Part shown: one piece after another, positions 49,527 to 58,002 of the stretch | Layout: each line of letters begins with the position of its first letter | Position numbering within the stretch: position 1 is the first letter of the stretch | NCBI GenBank assembly: GCA_963749495.1 | Contig: CAVVMW010000001.1 | Span: forward strand, 256,001-320,000 | Origin: an uncultured bacterium | Lineage (GTDB): Bacteria > Verrucomicrobiota > Verrucomicrobiia > Limisphaerales > UBA8199 | Direction of reading: 5' to 3' | DNA: 64,000 nt | Notes under the pieces: model-generated | Seen by the model: the letters and a program-made list of their open reading frames with translations, nothing else | Told to the model about the DNA's origin: nothing | The model's database searches: none | Translations under genes and position numbers: made by a program

Positions 49527-51422
49527 TCACTGTGTCTTGCCCAGGGCGTCGGCCGTTTTCACGGCGGCCGAGTCGGTTAAGGCGGGCTCCTCGGCGCGGT
49601 CGGGGGGGATGCCCAGGTAATTGGCGACCCGCTCGGCAACCTGTTTGAAGATCGGAGCGGCAACTTGGCCCGCATAGTAGCCGTGTTTGGGTTCATCCAG
49701 GGTGATCGAGATGCACAACTGGGGATTGTCTGCCGGGAAAAAGCCCGCGAACGACGAAAAGTGCTTTACGTGAGAATAGAGGCCGTGGTCAACCTTTTGG
49801 GCCGTGCCGGTCTTGCCGGCGACGGTGTAGTGCTCGAGGGCGGCCTTGGGGGCGGTGCCTTCGGGGGAGACAACGGTCTTGAGGGCGGTGATCATCTGCT
49901 TTACGGCGGCGGGGGTGATGACCTGGCGGACTGGCTGGGGGGTGTATTTGAAGACGACGTTGTGGTGGTGGTCTTCGAGGCGGTCCACCAGCATCGGGCG
50001 CATGAGCAGGCCCTCATTGGCGATGGCGCACAGGGCCATCGTCATCTGGAGGCGGGTCATCGAGATGCCCTGGCCCATCGGTATCTGCGCAATCGAGACC
50101 TTGCTCCACTCCTTGACCGGGTGCACGTTCTTGCGCGCGCTGACCTCGCCCGGCAACGGCACGCGGGTCGGGGCGCCAAAACCAAATCGCTGGATGTAAT
50201 CATACAGGCGGGCCTCGCCCATCTTGATGCCGATCTGCGCCGCCCCGATATTCGAGGACTTGGTGATGATCTGCTCCACGGTGAGGTCGTCAAAAAAATC
50301 GTGGTCGTGCAAGGTGCGGCCGGCGTAAAGGAAGGCCCCGTGCTTGCAATCGAAGACATCGGTCAGCCGCACGATGCCGTCGTTGAGCGCCCCGGAAACC
50401 ACGACGAACTTGAAGATGGACCCCGGCTCCAGGATGTCGGCAATGACGCGGTTGCGCCGGGCGTCGGCCGGGACGGCCCCGGGGTTGTTCGGATTGTAGG
50501 TCGGCAGCGTCGCCATGGCCAGAATCTCGCCCGTGCGCGGACGAACCACAATGCCCGTAACGCTGATCGGCGCGTGCTTTTCCATCCCTTCGGCCAGGGC
50601 CGTCTCCAGGATTTGCTGGATGACCGAGTCAATCGTCAGGACCACATTCCGGCCGTCTTCAGGCTCGATGTTCTGTTCGCGCCATTGCACCAACTCCCGG
50701 CGGGCGGGATCGATCTCGGTCAACCGCCAGCCCCGCACGCCCGCCAGCGCCGCGTCGAAGAACCGTTCCACGCCATCCTGGCCGACGATCTCATTGACGG
50801 AGGTTTCCTCCACGTCCCGGGGTTCGGAGGTGGCATAGCCCAGGACGTGGGCGGCCAGCGTCTGATACGGATAGACTCGCAGCGAATCGTCCTCGGCGGC
50901 AATGGCCTGGGTGCGCAGATTTCGCAGGAAGATTTTTTCGGAGCCTGTCAGGTTGGTCCCGTTGCCCCCAAAACTCAGCGTGCTCATCGCATTGCGGATC
51001 CGCTCCCACGTCTCGGCCTTGACCTTGCGTTTGAGTTGGACGCACTGGTTGGTGACGACCTTGCCCTGGTCGTTGATGTGGGTGCGGGGGAGCAGGCGCT
51101 GGCAAAGACTGGCCTCGTTTTCCTCGAGCAAGGGTGCCAGGAGGCGGGCGACTTCCGCCTGGTGCGGGCTGATGAGCGGCGGGTAGGCGCACACGGTCTT
51201 GACCAGTTCGCTTGTGACCAGGACATTGCCCCGGGCGTCCAGGATGTCGCCGCGCCGCGGCTCCAGCAGGAACCGCCGCAGCGTGTTGCGCTGGGCCTTG
51301 TCGCTGAACTCGTCGTGGCGCAAGACCTGGAGGTCCACAAGGCGATAGCCCAGTCCGCCGAAGGCCAGCGTCAGCAGCACGCCCAGCGCGACCAGCCTCC
51401 GCAATTGCAGCCGTTTACTCAT
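49527..51422 (-). CDS. ftsI: Class B penicillin-binding protein FtsI
   Basis: PRRGDILD, R.YP, EPGSIFK (SxxK), SSN, KTGT. Confidence 0.95.
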   Translation of the reverse strand: MSKRLQLRRLVALGVLLTLAFGGLGYRLVDLQVLRHDEFSDKAQRNTLRRFLLEPRRGDILDARGNVLVTSELVKTVCAYPPLISPHQAEVARLLAPLLEENEASLCQRLLPRTHINDQGKVVTNQCVQLKRKVKAETWERIRNAMSTLSFGGNGTNLTGSEKIFLRNLRTQAIAAEDDSLRVYPYQTLAAHVLGYATSEPRDVEETSVNEIVGQDGVERFFDAALAGVRGWRLTEIDPARRELVQWREQNIEPEDGRNVVLTIDSVIQQILETALAEGMEKHAPISVTGIVVRPRTGEILAMATLPTYNPNNPGAVPADARRNRVIADILEPGSIFKFVVVSGALNDGIVRLTDVFDCKHGAFLYAGRTLHDHDFFDDLTVEQIITKSSNIGAAQIGIKMGEARLYDYIQRFGFGAPTRVPLPGEVSARKNVHPVKEWSKVSIAQIPMGQGISMTRLQMTMALCAIANEGLLMRPMLVDRLEDHHHNVVFKYTPQPVRQVITPAAVKQMITALKTVVSPEGTAPKAALEHYTVAGKTGTAQKVDHGLYSHVKHFSSFAGFFPADNPQLCISITLDEPKHGYYAGQVAAPIFKQVAERVANYLGIPPDRAEEPALTDSAAVKTADALGKTQ

Positions 51423-51435
51423 GGCAAATCTGCCG

Positions 51436-51595
51436 GCCGCCCGCGGCGATCGGTTCCTCATCCGACGGCGTCACGGGCGGCCGCAAAAGCATTTGTGTTG
51501 TGGGCAACACGTGTTGCACGGTCAGCGGCCGGCTTGCCAGCCGCCCGCGGCGATCGGTTCCTCATCCGATGGCGTCACGGGCGGCGGCAAAAAGC
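51436..51595. repeat. Two ~55 bp direct repeats, each a hairpin (51436-51490, 51540-51595)
   Basis: GCCGCCCGCGGCGATCGGTTCCTCATCCGAYGGCGTCACGGGCGGC twice, 104 bp apart. Confidence 0.85.
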
Positions 51596-51598
51596 CGG

Positions 51599-52054
51599 TC
51601 AACGGCTCGTCAACTCCTGGGCGCGCGGGGCCTGGGCCGGACGAGGGTTGCTGTTGTTGTTCGAGTTAGTATCATTGCCAAAGCTGTTATTGTTGTGCGC
51701 GGAGAGCTGCGGTTCGCGCCAGGCTGGGGGCCACTGGCGCGGCGGTTCGGGCAGGTGCCAGAGCTGGGCGGGCTGCGGCTGCGACAGGCCCAGGTTCAGC
51801 TCCTTGATTCGCGCCTCCAGGTAGTCAACCGTGCACAGGCCGGCCAGCAGCCGCTTGCGGTTTTCATTCTCATCGAGAATCCGCGCCAGCCGCACTCCCC
51901 GCTCATCGATCTGCCGGCTCAGCCGGTCGATCTGTTCCTTCTGCCAGACGTATCCCACCCCCGAGCCGCCCACCAACAGGCAAAGCACGAGCGCCTTGCC
52001 CAGGGCCGAGCCCAGGCGAATTGCCGACCTGCCATTTTTGCGATTCCGTGCCAT
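51599..52054 (-). CDS. ftsL: FtsL-like cell division protein
   Basis: Basic N-terminus, one TM, coiled coil; between rsmH and ftsI. Confidence 0.7.
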   Translation of the reverse strand: MARNRKNGRSAIRLGSALGKALVLCLLVGGSGVGYVWQKEQIDRLSRQIDERGVRLARILDENENRKRLLAGLCTVDYLEARIKELNLGLSQPQPAQLWHLPEPPRQWPPAWREPQLSAHNNNSFGNDTNSNNNSNPRPAQAPRAQELTSR

Positions 52055-52103
52055 CTGACTTCGCTGCGTTGCAGTCCAGTTAAACCGCCAAATCCAAGCT
52101 CAA

Positions 52104-52250
52104 CGGTTCAGGGTTCAGGGTTCAGGGTTCAGGGTTTAGGGTTTAGGGTTCACGTTTCACGTTTCAGGGTTCACGTTTCACGTTTCACGTTTCACGTTTC
52201 ACGTTTCACGGTTCACGTTTCACAATTCACAGTTCACGCTTCACGTTTCA
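52104..52250. repeat. Heptamer array (GTTCAGG / TTTCACG)n, about 20 units
   Basis: Seen directly in the rsmH-ftsL spacer. Confidence 0.9.
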
Positions 52251-52276
52251 GTCCAGTTACACTGCTCAATCCAAGC

Positions 52277-53206
52277 TCACATCTTCTGCATCACCCGCAG
52301 TTGGGCGCTGCGGCTGCGCGGGTTGTCCGCCAGTTCCGCCGCGCCGGGCCTCAGTGCCTTGCGCGTGAGCACGTCGAGCTGCGGCGCCCGCGGCCGCCGT
52401 AACTCCGGCACGTCCACCGGGCCCGCGACCGCATAGTCCCTCGACTTGGCCCGCCCAAATCCCTTGACCATGCGGTCTTCCAGCGAATGAAACGTGATGA
52501 CCGCCAGCCGCCCGCCAGGCTTCAAAACGCCGAACGCCGCTTCCAGGCCCCGTTCCAGGCAACCCAGTTCATCGTTGACGGCGATGCGCAGGGCCTGGAA
52601 CACGCGCGTGGCCGGGTGCGTCTTGCTCCCCCGGCGCGGGGCGGCTTCTTGGATCAACGCCGCCAATGCGCCGGTGGTCCGCAGGGGGCCATCCTGGCGG
52701 CGCCCAACAATCGCCCGCGCAATGCGCCGCGCCTGCCGCTCCCCGCCCAGTTCCCAAAAGAGCCTGGCCAGTTCCTCCGCATCCGCGGAGTTCACCAACT
52801 CGGCTGCCGTCGGGCCCTGCCGCGTGTCCATCCGCATATCCAGCGGGCCGTCCTGCAGGAAACTGAATCCACGTTCCGGCCGGTCCAACTGCGGCGAACT
52901 GGCGCCCAGGTCCAGCAAAACCCCATCGCAACTGTCCGCCTCGACCCAGGCGCCCAAGTCCGCAAAGTTGGCCTGCCGCAACTCGAACCGGCCTTCAAAC
53001 GGGGCCAATCGCCACCCGGCCGCCGCAACCGCCGCCGCATCCCGATCGCACCCGTGCAACCATCCGTTCGGCGAACTGGCCGCCAAAACCGCTGCCGCAT
53101 GCCCGCCCCCGCCGAGGGTCCCGTCCACATACCGGCCCCCGGCCCGCGGCTGCAGGGCGGCCAACACTTCCGTCACCAACACCGGCTTGTGAACGAAATC
53201 CGGCAC
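52277..53206 (-). CDS. rsmH: 16S rRNA C1402 N4-methyltransferase
   Basis: HKPVL..EV, D.TLGGGGH, DLG.SS.QLD..ERGFSF..DGPLDMRMD, FQALRIAVN, FHSLEDR, NPRSRSA.LR; GTG start inferred. Confidence 0.95.
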   Translation of the reverse strand: MPDFVHKPVLVTEVLAALQPRAGGRYVDGTLGGGGHAAAVLAASSPNGWLHGCDRDAAAVAAAGWRLAPFEGRFELRQANFADLGAWVEADSCDGVLLDLGASSPQLDRPERGFSFLQDGPLDMRMDTRQGPTAAELVNSADAEELARLFWELGGERQARRIARAIVGRRQDGPLRTTGALAALIQEAAPRRGSKTHPATRVFQALRIAVNDELGCLERGLEAAFGVLKPGGRLAVITFHSLEDRMVKGFGRAKSRDYAVAGPVDVPELRRPRAPQLDVLTRKALRPGAAELADNPRSRSAQLRVMQKM

Positions 53207-53298
53207 CCCGCACTTCGCATTCCGCTCTCCGCATTTCGTCATTCGTCATCCGGCATTCGTCATTCGGCATCCGGCACCCCGCATCCCCTCCGTCCCGG

Positions 53299-53886
53299 TC
53301 AAGTCCGATGGGGGCCCAGCAGCCCTGCTGGCTCCCCGGTCCGGGCCGCTTCCAGGTCGCACGACAGGCTCTCTTCCAAGCCCGGCAATGAAGGGCTTGC
53401 CTTTGCCGGCTGCGGCCTGCTGCGTTGCTCACACTGCGATTCCGCATCGCTCAAATCGTTGCGCACGACCTTCACCCGATCCAAGGTGAGTTCTCCCTGG
53501 ACCGGCAGGCGGTCGAAGCGCGGGAGGGCCGATTGCCCCGGCTCGGACCCTGCCCGGACCCACAGCCTGCCCAGTCGGCCTGTCAGCCAGCGCCGCGCGC
53601 GACCCAAACCGGTCTGCCGGGCATCCGGCGCCGATGCCGCAGCCGACGACCCCGTCCCTGCTGTTTCCGAAAGGGCCTGCCCCGTCCCGGCCGCCGGCGC
53701 TCGCCCCGATGGCCCGCCATCTCTGCCGGGCGCCGGCACACGCCTCACCGCCGCGCTGTGCCAGTGCTTCTCGGCGCCGAACCTGGGCAACACGCGTTGG
53801 TCCATGAACCGATAAGGGCTCTCCTGGCCCTTCAAGCCAATCACGCTCCTTCCAGCGGCAAGCAGTCTGACCAGCTTCATAATCAT
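53299..53886 (-). CDS. Hypothetical protein between mraZ and rsmH
   Basis: Coupled to mraZ stop; motif islands RLL.AG.S..GL, LPRFG, VQGELTLDRVKVVRNDLSDA separated by low-complexity linkers. Confidence 0.7.
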   Translation of the reverse strand: MIMKLVRLLAAGRSVIGLKGQESPYRFMDQRVLPRFGAEKHWHSAAVRRVPAPGRDGGPSGRAPAAGTGQALSETAGTGSSAAASAPDARQTGLGRARRWLTGRLGRLWVRAGSEPGQSALPRFDRLPVQGELTLDRVKVVRNDLSDAESQCEQRSRPQPAKASPSLPGLEESLSCDLEAARTGEPAGLLGPHRT

Positions 53887-54347
53887 CCAACCAGTCTAAG
53901 GGCGGCAGGCGCCATGATGGCGTCGGCCATCTTCATCTTTTCCAATCGCTCGGGGTTCCAGACCTCGAACCGATCCAGCACTCCGACCAAAACCGCTTCA
54001 TTGGTGATGCCGGCTTTCTCCATCATCTCCTCCGGCAGACACATCCGGCCCGACTTGTCCAGCGTCGCCCCATCCGAACCACCGCCGATGATGCGCTTGA
54101 GCGTGGACTTTTCGTCCCCGTTGGGCATCTGCTCGATGTCCCGCATCAACTTGGCCATCTGGCTGGGCGGCAACACACGCAAATAAGCCCCGCCTGTGGA
54201 GATGGGCCAAAGGGTGATTGTGAACTCCGTTCCGGCTTTCTTGGGCCTCCACCTTGCAGGAATCTGGATGCGCCTCTTCTCATCGACACCGTGCCGGTAG
54301 GACGAGGTGTAATAGGTCGTCGACTCGATTGCCGTTACAGATTCCAT
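53883..54347 (-). CDS. mraZ: Transcriptional regulator MraZ
   Basis: H.VDEKRRIQIPARWR, LDKSGR..LP, LVG.LDRFEVWN. Confidence 0.9.
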   Translation of the reverse strand: MESVTAIESTTYYTSSYRHGVDEKRRIQIPARWRPKKAGTEFTITLWPISTGGAYLRVLPPSQMAKLMRDIEQMPNGDEKSTLKRIIGGGSDGATLDKSGRMCLPEEMMEKAGITNEAVLVGVLDRFEVWNPERLEKMKMADAIMAPAALRLVG

Positions 54348-54390
54348 TACTTACTCGCAGCGGGACCCGTCGGGGACCGTCATGCATTTT

Positions 54391-54430
54391 CGCCCCACTG
54401 CGACCCACTTTTTGCCACTTTCTCCCACGG
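54391..54430 (-). promoter_or_regulatory. MraZ-binding direct repeats in the dcw promoter
   Basis: Minus strand GTGGG-agaaa-GTGGC-aaaaa-GTGGG-tcgca-GTGGG, 10 bp period, upstream of mraZ. Confidence 0.8.
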
Positions 54431-54705
54431 ATGTCAACTCTTTTCCGCTCGAGTTACTCGAAAGTTATTCACAAGGCCCGCCTTGCCCTGGCTCAGTGCC
54501 CTGCCTTCTCCCACGGTTAACGTTATAGCCCCGCCAGGCATGACCCGGAGCGTCAGAGTCTCGGAGCGTTGCAGAACGGCCTCCATCACGCTGCGTCGCG
54601 CATCCCGATTTTGCCCCCGGAGCCCTTCTAAACGCCCAAACCGTGGAGCAAATTCAACAACGACGCCACCGCCAACACGTCGGCCGTTCTGGACCGCCTG
54701 CTCGA

Positions 54706-55956
54706 TAGCGGTGCCCGATGGTAGCCGTGGACTTCCAGTCCACGGACCCATGGCCCGAGCTCAACCGCGTCGCGTAGCGACGCCTGAAAACTGCGGAGCT
54801 GTCAGGCGTCGCTACGCGACGCGTGACCATGCCCACGCGCCGCACTGCGGACCGAGGTCCACGGCTACCTTCACTGCGTCGCTCCGCGACGCGCACGCTG
54901 CCCCTGGCTCACCGCGTAGCGGTGCCCGATGGTAGCCGTGGACTTCCAGTCCACGGACCCATGGCCCAAGCTCAACCGCGTCGCGTAGCGACGCCTGAAA
55001 ACTGCGGAGCTGTCAGGCGTCGCTACGCGACGCGTGACCATGCCCACGCGCCGCACCGTGGACCGAGGTCCACGGCTACCTTCACTGCGTCGCTCCGCGA
55101 CGCGCACGCTACCCCTGGCTCACCGCGTAGCGGTGCCCGATGGTAGCCGTGGACTTCCAGTCCACGGACCCATGGCCCGAGCTCGACCGCGTCGCGTAGC
55201 GACGCCTGAAAACTGCGGAGCTGTCAGGCGTCGCTACGCAACGCGTGACCGTTCCCACGCCCCGAACCGTGGAACGAGGTCCACGGCTACCTTCACTGCG
55301 TCGCTCCGCGACGCGCACGCTACCCCTGGCTCACCGCGTAGCGGTGCCCGATGGTAGCCGTGGACTTCCAGTCCACGGACCCATGGCCCAAGCTCGACCG
55401 CGCCGCGTAGCGGCGCCTGAAAACAGCGGAGCTGTCAGGCGTCGCTACGCGACGCGTGACCGTTCCCACGCCCCGAACCGTGGACCGAGGTCCACGGCTG
55501 CCTTCACTGCGTCACTCCGCGACGCGCACGCTACCCCTGGCTCACCGCGTAGCGGTGCCCGATGGTAGCCGTGGACTTCCAGTCCACGGACCCATGGCCC
55601 AAGCTCGACCGCGCCGCGTAGCGGCGCCTGAAAACTGCGGGGCTGTCAGGCGTCGCTACGCAACGCGTGACCGTTCCCACGCCCCGAACCGTGGACCGAG
55701 GTCCACGGCTACCTTCACTGCGTCACTCCGCGACGCGCACGCTACCCCTGGCTCACCGCGTAGCGGTGCCCGATGGTAGCCGTGGACTTCCAGTCCACGG
55801 ACCCATGGCCCAAGCTCGACCGCGCCGCGTAGCGGCGCCTGAAAACTGCGGGGCTGTCAGGCGTCGCTACGCGACGCGTGACCATTCGCACGCGCCGCAC
55901 CGTGGACCGAGGTCCACGGCTACCTTCACTGCGTCGCTCCGCGACGCGCGCGCTAC
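54706..55956. repeat. Tandem array of six ~211 bp REPIN-like palindromic units
   Basis: Units start at 54706, 54917, 55128, 55339, 55550, 55761; each holds several GTAG-containing palindromes. Confidence 0.95.
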
Positions 55957-56054
55957 GTCCGGCGCGCCTTGCAGGCCTTCGGCCCTGGGGCGCAGAAAAC
56001 CCTTCGTGGCGCAGAGGGGTTGGATTATTGTATTGAGACGCCGTACAGGAGAAC

Positions 56055-57131
56055 ATGCGCACTGCGGACTTTGATTTTGAATTGCCGGGGGAGTTGATCG
56101 CGCAGGAGCCTGCGCGGGAGCGCGATCAATCGCGGTTGCTGGTGCTGCGGCGGCGTAGCGGCGAGGTCGAGCACCGGCAGTTTCGGGACTTGGCGGACTA
56201 CCTGCAGGGCGGCAACGTGCTGGTGCTGAACGATTCGCGGGTCATTCCGGCGAGGCTCCACGGGGTCAATCGGCAGACGGGCGGGCGCTTCGAGATCCTG
56301 TTGCTGGAGGAGAACGCCACCAACGATTGGTGGGTGATGCTGCGGCCCGGCAGGCGGGCCAGGGCGGGGACGGAGATTGAGCTGCGGGGTGCGCCGGGGC
56401 GGCCGGGCGAGGCGCGGGCACGGGTGGCGGAGACGAACGACGAGGGCCATCGGCGCCTCTGTTTTTCGGGCGTGCCTGACATCGCCCAGGCGCTGTATGT
56501 GTGGGGCGAGGTCCCGCTGCCCCCCTACATCAATCGCCCGGCAGCGGGTCCGACTCAAGAGGACCGGGAGCGTTACCAGACGGTCTTCGCGCGCCTGCCG
56601 GGCTCGGTGGCCGCTCCCACGGCGGGGCTGCACTTCACCGAGGCGCTCCTCGGGGCCTTGCGCTCCAAGGGTGTGCGAGTTTGTTTTGTGACGCTTCACG
56701 TGGGCCTCGGGACGTTTGCGCCGGTCAAGTCGGAGACGTTGGCGGGCCACCGGATGCACCAGGAGCGCTACGAGGTTGGCGCCGAGACCGCCCGCGCGAT
56801 TGCAGAGGCCAAACGCGCCGGACGCCGCGTGCTCGCCGCCGGGACCACCACGGTCCGCGCCCTCGAAAGTGTGGCCGCGCAACACAATGGCCGGGTCGAG
56901 GCCAGCGCCGGCCGGACCGGGCTCTTCATCTACCCGCCCTGGAATTTCCGGGCGGTGGACGCGCTCTTGACGAATTTTCACTTGCCGCGTTCGACGCTGC
57001 TGATGCTAGTGAGCGCCTTTGCCGCGCCCAATGAAACGCGCGGGCGCCAACTCATTCTCTCGGCCTACGCGGCGGCGGTGCGCGAGCGATACCGTTTTTT
57101 CAGCTATGGCGATGCGATGCTCATCCTGTGA
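56055..57131 (+). CDS. queA: S-adenosylmethionine:tRNA ribosyltransferase-isomerase
   Basis: DFDFELP.ELIAQ.P, N.SRVIPARL, PLPPYI, YQTVFA..GSVAAPTAGLHF, LHVG.GTF, TNFHLP.STL, FFSYGDAM. Confidence 0.95.
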   Translation: MRTADFDFELPGELIAQEPARERDQSRLLVLRRRSGEVEHRQFRDLADYLQGGNVLVLNDSRVIPARLHGVNRQTGGRFEILLLEENATNDWWVMLRPGRRARAGTEIELRGAPGRPGEARARVAETNDEGHRRLCFSGVPDIAQALYVWGEVPLPPYINRPAAGPTQEDRERYQTVFARLPGSVAAPTAGLHFTEALLGALRSKGVRVCFVTLHVGLGTFAPVKSETLAGHRMHQERYEVGAETARAIAEAKRAGRRVLAAGTTTVRALESVAAQHNGRVEASAGRTGLFIYPPWNFRAVDALLTNFHLPRSTLLMLVSAFAAPNETRGRQLILSAYAAAVRERYRFFSYGDAMLIL

Positions 57132-57870
57132 CGCGGGCGCGCGGCCGTTCGTATTCGTCAACATGGCGATGACGGCCGACGGCAAGATAGCGACGGCGAA
57201 CCGGAAGGTCTGCTCGTTCAGCAGCCGGCGCGACCGGCAGCACCTGATGGAGCTGCGGACGCGGGCCGACGCGGTGATGGCCGGGGCGCGGACAGTGGAT
57301 TTGAACCCGGTGACGCTCGGGCCGGGCGGGAGCGCCTGGCGGCGGCGGCGTTTGCGGGGCGGGCGGGCCGAATACAACCTGCGCGTGGTGGTGAGCGGCT
57401 CGGGCACGCTCAATCCCCGCGCCGCTGTCTTCGGCGCGAAATTCTCGCCGCTGATCGTCCTTGCCAGCGGGGTGGCGCCCAAGGGGCGGCTGGAGCGATT
57501 GCGGCGGCTGGGCGGCGTGGTGAAGGTGTGCGGGAGGCGGGAAGTGGATTTTGGCGCCGCCCTGCGTTGGCTGCGCCGGGTCTGGGGGGTCAGGCGGCTG
57601 CTCTGCGAGGGCGGGGGGGAGTTGAACGATGCGCTGTTCCGGGCCGGGCTGGTGGACGAACTGCACCTTACCATCTGCCCGAAGGTCTTCGGGGGAAAGC
57701 ACGCGCCCACGATCGCGGACGGCCTCGGCATGGGCGCCTTGGCCAGGGCCGCGCAGCTTCGGCTCAAGTCGGCCCGGCGCGCCGGCGGCGAACTCTTCCT
57801 GGTCTATCGCGTGGCGCGAGGCGCCTCGGCGGGGCGCAGCCTCACAGTACCACCGGAGCGCGGACTTTAG
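57112..57870 (+). CDS. RibD C-terminal / dihydrofolate reductase-family protein
   Basis: RPFV.VN.A.TADGKIA, LR..ADAV..GA.TV, LLCEGGG.LN, GLVDEL.L.I.P...GG; start uncertain. Confidence 0.85.
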   Translation: MRCSSCDAGARPFVFVNMAMTADGKIATANRKVCSFSSRRDRQHLMELRTRADAVMAGARTVDLNPVTLGPGGSAWRRRRLRGGRAEYNLRVVVSGSGTLNPRAAVFGAKFSPLIVLASGVAPKGRLERLRRLGGVVKVCGRREVDFGAALRWLRRVWGVRRLLCEGGGELNDALFRAGLVDELHLTICPKVFGGKHAPTIADGLGMGALARAAQLRLKSARRAGGELFLVYRVARGASAGRSLTVPPERGL

Positions 57871-57878
57871 TCCGCTTA
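57844..57878. repeat. Left REP half ACAGTACCACC...GCGCGGACTTTAGTCCGCTTA
   Basis: Inverted partner at 63657-63712. Confidence 0.75.
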
Positions 57879-58002
57879 GACCGCCCGAAAACCACCCCAG
57901 GCCCAACCTGGCTGGGGCGGAAAGGGGTCGGCCAATGAGATTGTCATATTAGCCCCTCGATGAGAATAGTACATTCTCATTGACTGACTCCTTTACGATT
58001 CC

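Noticed and set aside
51436..51595. Hammerhead ribozyme in the twin repeats
   Set aside because: Has CGGAUGAG rather than CUGAUGA and lacks the GAAA core and three-stem layout.
54706..55956. Possible CRISPR array
   Set aside because: Whole 211 bp units repeat with no unique spacers, and there are no cas genes in the window.
54823..56074. Series of 107 aa ORFs in the tandem array
   Set aside because: By-products of the repeat; no RBS or protein-like features.
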